Shown piece after piece: positions 57,286 through 64,000 of a stretch of 64,000 nucleotides of DNA. Source of the stretch: an uncultured Clostridia bacterium (lineage in GTDB: Bacteria > Bacillota > Clostridia > Christensenellales > DTU072); contig CALVZV010000001.1 of assembly GCA_944372665.1 (NCBI GenBank), forward strand, positions 4,714 to 68,713. Direction: 5' to 3'. Under the pieces are notes generated by a model. The model had not been told where the DNA came from. It ran no database searches and was given only the letters and a program-made list of their open reading frames with translations. Made by a program: the position numbers and the translations under genes. Every line of letters starts with the position of its first letter. Positions within the stretch are counted from its first letter, which is position 1.

Positions 57286-59988
57286 ATGCTTAAACTCAAA
57301 AACGTAACAAAAGTCTACGAAACGGGCGATTATAACGTCCGCGCTCTGCGCGGAGTGACGCTCGCGTTCCGTGAATCCGAATTCGTGTCGATAATCGGCG
57401 CGTCGGGCTGCGGCAAAAGCACATTGCTTAACATCATAGGCGGTCTGGACAGATACACCACAGGCGACCTTATAATAGGCAACACCTCCACCGAATCGTT
57501 CAGGTCGGAGCAATGGGACGCGTACCGCAACGCCACGATAGGTTTCGTTTTCCAAAACTATAACCTTATTCCGCACCTGACGGTTTTAGAGAACGTCGAA
57601 CTCGCACTGAGCCTTTCGGGAGTAGACAAGGCGAGTCGCCGCCGTATGGCGCAGGAAGCGCTGGAACGAGTGGGCATGGGCGGCGAACTGAGAAAGAAGC
57701 CTTCCCAGATAAGCGGCGGACAGATGCAGCGCGTAGCCATTGCCAGGGCTCTCGTCAACAATCCCAAAATCGTGCTTGCGGACGAGCCGACGGGCGCATT
57801 GGACTCCAAACTCAGCGTCCAGGTCATGGAGCTTCTGAAAGAGGTCGCCAGGGATCGCCTGGTAATAATGGTCACGCATAACAACGAGCTTGCCAATACA
57901 TACAGCACCAGGATAGTCAAGCTGCGCGACGGGCTGGTCGAAAGCGACTCCATGCCGTACGAATGGGAGCCGGAGCCGGCGGAAGCCGCCAGCGAAGACG
58001 AAGAAACCGACGAAACGACAGCTTCCGCCGACGCCGGCGCCAAAAAGAGCGGCGCTCTCGTCGCGGCGGTAAAGTCGCTGAACGCTTTGGGTATCAAGGC
58101 GAAAGGGCAGAAAAATCCCTTCAAAGCTACTTCGATGAAAGCCGGGACGGCGTTCAGTCTTTCGCTTAAAAACCTTCTGACAAAGAAACGCCGTACGTTC
58201 CTGACAAGTTTCGCCGGAAGTGTGGGCATCATAAGCCTTGCGCTGGTGCTGGCGATGTCCAACGGTTTTAACCTCGTTCTGGATAACATGCAGGCGAGCG
58301 TTCTTGCCACCGTGCCGATAGGGATCTACGAATATTCTATGGATTACAGCGTGATGACGGACGTGTTCGAAAATTACGAGTATAACTCCAGTACTTATCC
58401 CGATACGGACGAGATCTATTTAAAAGGATCTTCTTCTTCGTCAGGGGGCATGAATATTTCGGACATGATGAGTTCTCTTATGAAATCCGTGGGCAGAAAC
58501 GACATCTCCGAGGAATTCGTCAGCCACCTGAAAGCCATGGATCCGTCCTGGACAAATTCGATAAATTATTTTTACGGTACCAAAATGAATATTCTGTCCA
58601 AGACGCTGGACGATAACGGTAAAGAGGTATATAAGGACGTCAGCAGTATTCCGAGACAGACCAACGCGATGAATATAGCCACTCAGGTCCTCGGAGAAAA
58701 CGGGCAGGAGCCTTTATATTGGTATCAACTTGCCGGCGACAAGGATTTCGTAACGTCGAATTATGACGTTATCGGCGGGAGATATCCCATGTCGTTCAAC
58801 GAGATAGTTTTGGTCGTGGACGGCAACAACGTGGTAAGCCCCGCGGCGCTGGCGCAATTCGGCGTGGACGTTTACGAGCGCGATCCGGCAACCGGTTCGG
58901 TCATATACGACGGCAATAAACCCGTATACAAAAAATCGATGACGTTCCGGGAGTTGTTCTCTTTGCAGCTGAAATTGCTGGACAACAATACTTATTACGA
59001 ATTTGTCGAGGACGGAAATTATTATCAGCCGCGCACGCACGAAAACTCCGAATACGTCTTCAAAAACGATTCTTCCGGTCAAAAAGCCAGGTTCGGGGAT
59101 AAGCCTCTTTGGGATGAGGCTTCCGTCGAACTTGAAATAGTAGGAGTTCTGCGAATTAAAGACGGCGGAACCGGTTTTGTCGGAAACGCGCTTTGCTATA
59201 CCCCGGAACTTGCCGAATACGTTTTGAGATCGGCTGCGGCTTCCGAGGTTACCGCAGCTCAAAAAGCTATACTTGCCGAAGACGAGTCCGTTTCCGCATG
59301 CGTCATCCGAAACGACGGTTATTTCGACGGCAGTCTTGGATTCGACTCGGAAATAACCGACGCATCTCAATTAATAAACTTTTTCATGAACGGATTGACG
59401 AGGACCGCAAAGCTGAAATCTTTGGCTGTGAATACCGAGCCGGTTTATATTAATATATATCCCAAGGATTTCAACAGTAAGAATCAGATAACCGAATATC
59501 TTAACGCGTGGAACGACGAGCACGGAAACATGGAATATTTCGACGTTTCCGAAATGTTCATCTACAATATGCGCGTTATGGTCGATCTGATGACGACGGT
59601 ACTTATCGCGGTAGCCAGCATTTCGCTTATCGTCAGCTGTATAATGATAGCCATAATCACCGGTAACTCCGTCGTGGAAAGAACGAGGGAAATAGGGATT
59701 CTCAGGAGCCTCGGCGCGAGAAAGAAGGATATTTCGCGCGTGTTCGATGCGGAAACGGCTATAATAGGTCTGTTCTCGGGCGTATTAGGCATCGCCATAG
59801 CGTATGCGCTGGTCCCGCTGATAAACCTGCTGCTGTCAAATTCCGTGGGCATGTCGTTACTGGCGCTGAACCCGTTGCACGCGCTGCTGTTGGTGGTGCT
59901 TAGTCTGGGTCTGACGGTACTCAGCGGACTGGTGCCCAGCCAGATGGCGGCGAGAAAGAACGTCGTCGACGCGCTGAGAATAGAATAA
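57286..59988 (+). CDS. Fused ABC transporter ATP-binding protein / FtsX-family permease (MacB-like architecture)
   Basis: 900 aa. N-terminal NBD (GASGCGKST Walker A, LSGGQMQRVAIARAL signature, LADEPTGALD Walker B). Then TM1, an extracytoplasmic region of >400 aa, and a C-terminal three-helix FtsX module. Confidence 0.85.
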   Translation: MLKLKNVTKVYETGDYNVRALRGVTLAFRESEFVSIIGASGCGKSTLLNIIGGLDRYTTGDLIIGNTSTESFRSEQWDAYRNATIGFVFQNYNLIPHLTVLENVELALSLSGVDKASRRRMAQEALERVGMGGELRKKPSQISGGQMQRVAIARALVNNPKIVLADEPTGALDSKLSVQVMELLKEVARDRLVIMVTHNNELANTYSTRIVKLRDGLVESDSMPYEWEPEPAEAASEDEETDETTASADAGAKKSGALVAAVKSLNALGIKAKGQKNPFKATSMKAGTAFSLSLKNLLTKKRRTFLTSFAGSVGIISLALVLAMSNGFNLVLDNMQASVLATVPIGIYEYSMDYSVMTDVFENYEYNSSTYPDTDEIYLKGSSSSSGGMNISDMMSSLMKSVGRNDISEEFVSHLKAMDPSWTNSINYFYGTKMNILSKTLDDNGKEVYKDVSSIPRQTNAMNIATQVLGENGQEPLYWYQLAGDKDFVTSNYDVIGGRYPMSFNEIVLVVDGNNVVSPAALAQFGVDVYERDPATGSVIYDGNKPVYKKSMTFRELFSLQLKLLDNNTYYEFVEDGNYYQPRTHENSEYVFKNDSSGQKARFGDKPLWDEASVELEIVGVLRIKDGGTGFVGNALCYTPELAEYVLRSAAASEVTAAQKAILAEDESVSACVIRNDGYFDGSLGFDSEITDASQLINFFMNGLTRTAKLKSLAVNTEPVYINIYPKDFNSKNQITEYLNAWNDEHGNMEYFDVSEMFIYNMRVMVDLMTTVLIAVASISLIVSCIMIAIITGNSVVERTREIGILRSLGARKKDISRVFDAETAIIGLFSGVLGIAIAYALVPLINLLLSNSVGMSLLALNPLHALLLVVLSLGLTVLSGLVPSQMAARKNVVDALRIE

Positions 59989-59995
59989 AAAACGG

Positions 59996-60024
59996 TTGAC
60001 TTTCGAGCGGATAAGTTATATTAT
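59996..60024 (+). promoter_or_regulatory. Sigma-A-type promoter of rpsU
   Basis: TTGACT (59996-60001), 17 nt, TATTAT (60019-60024). Confidence 0.5.
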
Positions 60025-60072
60025 ATAATGCGTACGAAAAAAGTAAACGTGAAAAAAAGGAGGTGAAACCGA

Positions 60073-60249
60073 ATGTCCACAGTTATCGTAAAAGAAAACG
60101 AGAGCCTTGATTCCGCTATACGCAGATGGAAGAAAAAGTGCGCCAACGACGGTATCATCGGCGACCTCCGCCGCAAGGAGGCTTACGAAAAGCCCAGCGT
60201 CCGCCGCAAAAAGAAAGCGGAAGCAGCGAGAAAACGCGCTTACAAATAA
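60073..60249 (+). CDS. rpsU: 30S ribosomal protein S21
   Basis: Absent from the ORF track because it is 58 aa. Hand translation: [70 protein letters not shown] lies 7 nt upstream, and a strong terminator follows. Confidence 0.92.
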   Translation: MSTVIVKENESLDSAIRRWKKKCANDGIIGDLRRKEAYEKPSVRRKKKAEAARKRAYK

Positions 60250-60260
60250 GGCAAAACATC

Positions 60261-60290
60261 AACTCCCGTCTTCGGACGGGAGTTTTTTTT
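60261..60290 (+). terminator. Rho-independent terminator of rpsU
   Basis: AACTCCCGTC-ttcg-GACGGGAGTT perfect 10-bp stem running into T8. Confidence 0.88.
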
Positions 60291-60427
60291 GTCGTTTGGC
60301 GTCGCAATTCGGCGCATTTGATCCGACAGGGCGCGTTTTTTGAAAAATTAAGTCGTTTTCGGTCGAAGGCGGTGCCGTCGGGCGCGGTACGTGTTAAAAT
60401 TTTTTCCGTAACGCGACGAGGAGAAAA

Positions 60428-60763
60428 ATGAATAAAGACTTCAGGAGCAGCGCAGTCAAAAACGCAAAGATGCGCCTTAAAACACACGATTATAAGGATT
60501 TGGTGAAATTCAGGACTTTGAAACCCGCTTTAGGCATAGTGGTGCTGGCGGGGGAGTGCCTTTCCGCCGACGAGATTTCCGGTTATTTCGACAAGGTCAG
60601 CGCTTTCACGTCGGATGACGAACTGAAAGCCGTGGGCGAGCTTATCGACGAAAACCGTTACGACAGCCTGAATGCCGAGCAACGCGAAAGATACGTGCTG
60701 AACGTATCGGCGTTTTACCGCGCGCTGAGAGAGGAAGAAAAGCGCCGCCGCGAAGCCGAATAA
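60428..60763 (+). CDS. Hypothetical 111-aa protein (no family recognised)
   Basis: GAGGAG SD 5 nt upstream of the ATG. Soluble, with a charged C-terminus. Bracketed by terminator-like hairpins. Confidence 0.6.
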   Translation: MNKDFRSSAVKNAKMRLKTHDYKDLVKFRTLKPALGIVVLAGECLSADEISGYFDKVSAFTSDDELKAVGELIDENRYDSLNAEQRERYVLNVSAFYRALREEEKRRREAE

Positions 60764-60781
60764 AAATTTTCGGATTTTTTT
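60756..60781 (+). terminator. Possible AT-rich terminator after the 111-aa ORF
   Basis: CCGAA...TTCGG stem (60756-60773) followed by ATTTTTTT. Confidence 0.4.
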
Positions 60782-60852
60782 AAAATTTTATAAGGAAATT
60801 TGGCGGCACGGTTCGTATATATAAATAACAGGCAAAGGCGAGGTGCTTAACC

Positions 60853-62577
60853 ATTTCCAGATATCCCGCGAGGTGGCTCGACGAACTCCGTTCCAGGTCG
60901 GACATAGTCGCAGTTCTCGGAAAATACATGTATTTGCAGAAAAAGGGCGCAAAGTATTGGGCGTGCTGTCCTTTTCATAACGAAAAAACGCCTTCTTTCG
61001 TTGTAAATCCCGAAGAACAATACTACCACTGTTTCGGATGCGGCAAGTCCGGGAACGTGATCACGTTCCTGACCGAGCACGAGAGAATGACTTATTCCGA
61101 GGCGGTCGAAACCCTTGCACGCATGGCGGGCATGGAGCTTCCCGAGGAGGAAACTCCCGAGGAACGGTTGAGACGCGAAACCGCAGCCAAGATCCTTGAG
61201 GTCAACCGCTGCGCCGCCAAATATTACTACGCCGCCCTGAAAAAATCCCCCGATTCCGTCATCAAATACGTCGAAAAGAGGCGTCTTTCTAAGGAGACGG
61301 TGGTGGCTTTCGGCATAGGATATTCGCCCGACCGCTACGGCTTGAGGGATTTTCTGAAAATCAAAGGCTTTACGCAAGAAACGCTGAGCGCCGCAGGACT
61401 TACCAATTCGGACGGCTCCGACCGAATGGAACTTAGACTCGTCATTCCCATCATCAACGTCAGGGGCGAGGTGCTGGGATTCGGCGGCAGGACGCTTGAA
61501 AAGGACGTAAAGCCCAAATACGTCAACACGCGCGGCACCGCGGTGTTCGACAAACGCAAAAACCTGTTCGGGATTAATCTGGTCAAAAAACATCTTTCCG
61601 CCGAGAACCTCGGTTCGGTGGTGCTGACGGAAGGGTATATGGACGTGATAAGCCTGTATCAGGCCGGAATACATAACGCGGTGGCTTCGATGGGCACTTC
61701 GCTGACCGAGGAACAGTGCCGCGAGATCAAAAGACTCGTCAATACCGTCTACGTGTGTTTCGACGGCGACGCCGCCGGCGAAAACGCCACATGGCGTTCG
61801 TTGGATATGCTTGCCGCCACGGGCATCGAGGTAAAGGTGATGTCGCTTCCCGACGGCATGGACCCCGACGACGTCGTAAAAGGCCGCGGCGAAAACGGTT
61901 TCAGGGAGCTTATGAGCCTGGCGCTTCCGCTGACCGAGTTCAAGATAAGGCGGCTGGCTGCCGGGGAGAAGCTGGATACGTTCGCCGGGCGCGAGAGATT
62001 CGCGCTGAAAACGCTTCCCGTGCTGGACGCGCTGTCGCCTATAGGCAGGGATACGCATATAAAACTTGTTTCGGAGCTTAGCGGACTGTCTGCGGAAAGC
62101 ATAGCCAATTCGCTGAAGGATTACTCTTCCGGCGCGTCCATGAAGCCGTCTGTACAGCCCAAGGAGGAACGCAAGGATATTTCCAAGACTCAGCTGAAGA
62201 CGGAGAGCTTTTTGCTGAAAACTTTTCTGGACGGCGCGGAATACGCTTCGGTCAACGACTTTGACGAGGAAGCGTTCGAGCTGCCGGTCTACAGACGCAT
62301 TTTTAAACTGATAAAGGAAAAGGGCAAGATCGTCACGGGCGATCTGTTCGATCTGGAGCCGTCAAGCCGCGGCGATATCGAAGCGGTGGTGTCGGCGACC
62401 GACGCCATGAGCCGCGAAGCCTGCGAGGAATATTACGAGGCGATACTGAAAAAGTTTTATCTGAAGCGCAGAAAGGAAAAGATCGCGGCATTGACCGCCG
62501 CGCTTAAAAACGCCGAAGGCGCGGAAAAGGAAAAACTGCAATCCGAATTGCTTGAGATTTTAAATAACGAAAAATAA
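60853..62577 (+). CDS. dnaG: DNA primase DnaG (start inferred at non-canonical ATT; first canonical ATG is at 60928)
   Basis: CPFHNEKTPSF...HCFGCGKSGN zinc ribbon, a Toprim domain (EGYMDVISL, DGDAAG) and a C-terminal helical domain. The conserved N-terminal residues RYPARWLDELRSRSDIVAVLGKY are encoded upstream of 60928. Confidence 0.85.
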   Translation: MSRYPARWLDELRSRSDIVAVLGKYMYLQKKGAKYWACCPFHNEKTPSFVVNPEEQYYHCFGCGKSGNVITFLTEHERMTYSEAVETLARMAGMELPEEETPEERLRRETAAKILEVNRCAAKYYYAALKKSPDSVIKYVEKRRLSKETVVAFGIGYSPDRYGLRDFLKIKGFTQETLSAAGLTNSDGSDRMELRLVIPIINVRGEVLGFGGRTLEKDVKPKYVNTRGTAVFDKRKNLFGINLVKKHLSAENLGSVVLTEGYMDVISLYQAGIHNAVASMGTSLTEEQCREIKRLVNTVYVCFDGDAAGENATWRSLDMLAATGIEVKVMSLPDGMDPDDVVKGRGENGFRELMSLALPLTEFKIRRLAAGEKLDTFAGRERFALKTLPVLDALSPIGRDTHIKLVSELSGLSAESIANSLKDYSSGASMKPSVQPKEERKDISKTQLKTESFLLKTFLDGAEYASVNDFDEEAFELPVYRRIFKLIKEKGKIVTGDLFDLEPSSRGDIEAVVSATDAMSREACEEYYEAILKKFYLKRRKEKIAALTAALKNAEGAEKEKLQSELLEILNNEK

Positions 62578-62604
62578 TCATCCTAACCAAGGAGGAAAGC
62601 CACG

Positions 62605-63675
62605 ATGGATACAGCCGTCGAAAACAAGATCAAAGCCGAAGTACACAAAATCGTCGAGTCCATGGCGGACAAGGAAGTCAAGACCGTCAACGAGGAGGAC
62701 CTTCTGAACAGACTCGAAAAATTCGATCTCGAACCTCAGGATATCGAAAACATATATAAGGAGCTGGAAGAAGCGGGTATTTCGGTCGCGGAACAGTCGC
62801 CCGTAAAAAGCGACAAACTGCTTCAGAAGATAATGAGCGAAGTCAACATCGACGACTCCGTGAAAATGTATCTGAAGGATATAGGCAGGGTGCCGCTGCT
62901 GACGGCGGAGGAGGAGCTGGAGCTTGCTCAGAAAATGGCGGACGGCGACGCGGAAGCCAAGGAGAAACTGATAAACGCCAACCTGCGTCTGGTAGTCAGC
63001 ATAGCCAAGCGTTACGTGGGCAGGGGAATGTCTTTTCTGGATCTGATACAGGAAGGCAACCTGGGGCTCATGAAAGCCGTGGATAAATTCGATTATACGC
63101 GCGGCTTCAAGTTTTCGACTTACGCCACCTGGTGGATACGTCAGGCGATAACCCGTTCGATAGCCGACCAGGCGCGCACGATAAGGATACCCGTGCACAT
63201 GGTCGAAACGATAAACAAACTCATCAAGATCTCCCGCGCGCTGTTGCAGAAATTCGGCAGAGAGCCTACTCCCGCCGAGATAGCCGAGGCGATGGGTACT
63301 ACCGAAGCCAGGGTCATCGAAATACAGAAAATCGCCCAGGACCCCGTTTCGTTGGAGACCCCGATAGGCGAGGAGGACGACAGCCATCTGGGCGATTTCA
63401 TAGAGGACACCACGGCGACCGCGCCCATAGAAGCTGCGGAAGCCAACATGCTGAAAGAGCAGGTGAACGAAATACTCAATACGCTTGCCCCGCGCGAGGC
63501 GATGGTACTCATACTGCGCTACGGGCTCAGAGACAACCGCCCCAGAACGCTGGAAGAAGTGGGCAAGGTGTTTAACGTCACGCGCGAACGTATCCGTCAG
63601 ATAGAGGCTAAAGCGCTGAGGCGGCTGAAGCACCCCAACAAGACCAAAAAGCTCCGTGACTTTCTGGACAAATAG
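62605..63675 (+). CDS. sigA: Primary RNA polymerase sigma factor (SigA/RpoD)
   Basis: 356 aa. Regions 1.2-4.2, including [27 protein letters not shown] and [20 protein letters not shown]. Confidence 0.96.
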   Translation: MDTAVENKIKAEVHKIVESMADKEVKTVNEEDLLNRLEKFDLEPQDIENIYKELEEAGISVAEQSPVKSDKLLQKIMSEVNIDDSVKMYLKDIGRVPLLTAEEELELAQKMADGDAEAKEKLINANLRLVVSIAKRYVGRGMSFLDLIQEGNLGLMKAVDKFDYTRGFKFSTYATWWIRQAITRSIADQARTIRIPVHMVETINKLIKISRALLQKFGREPTPAEIAEAMGTTEARVIEIQKIAQDPVSLETPIGEEDDSHLGDFIEDTTATAPIEAAEANMLKEQVNEILNTLAPREAMVLILRYGLRDNRPRTLEEVGKVFNVTRERIRQIEAKALRRLKHPNKTKKLRDFLDK

Positions 63676-63680
63676 TTTCA

Positions 63681-64000
63681 GTGATCCCAGACACCAGGCT
63701 TAACGCCATAATAAGCGAGATCACCGGACCCGTCGTCGCGGATATCGGCTCCGACCACGGCTACGTTGCCGTGGCCGCTTTGGCGAAGGCAAACGTAAAA
63801 AGAGTCGTGGCGGCGGACATAAGCGGAAAATGCCTTGAAAAGACCGTGCGTCTGGCGCGTGAAAAAGGCGTTTCGGATTCGGTCGAAACCGTCGTCTCGG
63901 ACGGGTTTTCCGATATCGCGGAGCACATTGACACGGCGGTGATCGCCGGGTTGGGCGGCTATGAGACGATCAAGATTCTGGAAAAAGCGAAAGCGCTTGA
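63681..64000 (+). CDS. trmK: tRNA (adenine22-N1)-methyltransferase TrmK (N-terminal part; runs off window end)
   Basis: Absent from the ORF track because it is open-ended. Hand translation from GTG at 63681: VIPDTRLNAIISEITGPVVADIGSDHGYVAVAALAKANVKRVVAADISGKCLEKT...VIAGLGG. This matches the YqfN/TrmK N-terminus. Lies downstream of sigA, as in Bacillus. Confidence 0.8.
   Translation, partial: MIPDTRLNAIISEITGPVVADIGSDHGYVAVAALAKANVKRVVAADISGKCLEKTVRLAREKGVSDSVETVVSDGFSDIAEHIDTAVIAGLGGYETIKILEKAKAL

Noticed and set aside
60002-60030. An AT-rich TTATATTATATAAT stretch considered as a dif/Xer site.
   Set aside because: It does not match the Firmicute dif arms beyond the AT-rich core. It is better explained as the -10 region of the rpsU promoter.
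60107-60431. ORF-track entries 60107..60343 and 60126..60431.
   Set aside because: They overlap rpsU out of frame and read straight through a strong rho-independent terminator. The real gene here is the 58-aa S21.

Overview
This window is a densely packed stretch of core chromosome in which all but one gene lies on the + strand. Gene order points to a Firmicutes/Clostridia-type bacterium: ylxM-ffh-rpsP-ylqC-rimM-trmD, lepA-hemW-hrcA-grpE-dnaK-dnaJ-prmA..mtaB with a CIRCE operator, Prp plus an N-extended L27, and dnaG-sigA-trmK.

Content, in order:
- The 3' part of an Rnf operon (rnfD-G-E-A-B), then the single minus-strand gene (a small 5-TM protein).
- A lipoprotein gene followed by tsaC.
- rpiB followed by a complete V-type ATPase operon (G-like, I, K, E, C, F, A, B, D). 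This runs without gaps into an LRR lipoprotein, manA, a ROK glucokinase and a 734-aa unknown protein.
- rplU-prp-rpmA, ogg, and a NYN-like protein.
- The SRP/ribosome-maturation cluster, then rbgA-rnhB-yraN-rplS.
- A large GT-C-like membrane protein.
- comM-dprA-topA-trmFO-hslVU-hisS-aspS.
- rseC-like, trxA, glyA, nifS-nifU.
- lepA-hemW and the CIRCE-controlled hrcA-grpE-dnaK-dnaJ operon, ending in a PrmA-MtaB fusion ORF.
- A HIT protein and a fused ABC ATPase/FtsX permease.
- rpsU (absent from the ORF track), an unknown 111-aa gene, dnaG, sigA, and the start of trmK.

I found no rRNA, tRNA, CRISPR array, transposase or integrase, prophage, or recognisable defence gene. I see no convincing evidence for a wholly new multi-gene system, so this reads as an ordinary housekeeping region.

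The most unusual observations are:
- an in-frame PrmA-MtaB fusion with rsmE missing;
- a dnaG whose conserved N-terminus lies upstream of any canonical start codon, which implies an ATT start;
- a Na+-motif V-type ATPase sitting directly downstream of tsaC-rpiB, and extended by surface and sugar genes;
- an apparently leaderless lipoprotein gene;
- several uncharacterised proteins (734 aa, 765 aa, 608 aa, 111 aa).

All functional calls rest on motif and family recognition by eye plus synteny. No database search was run.
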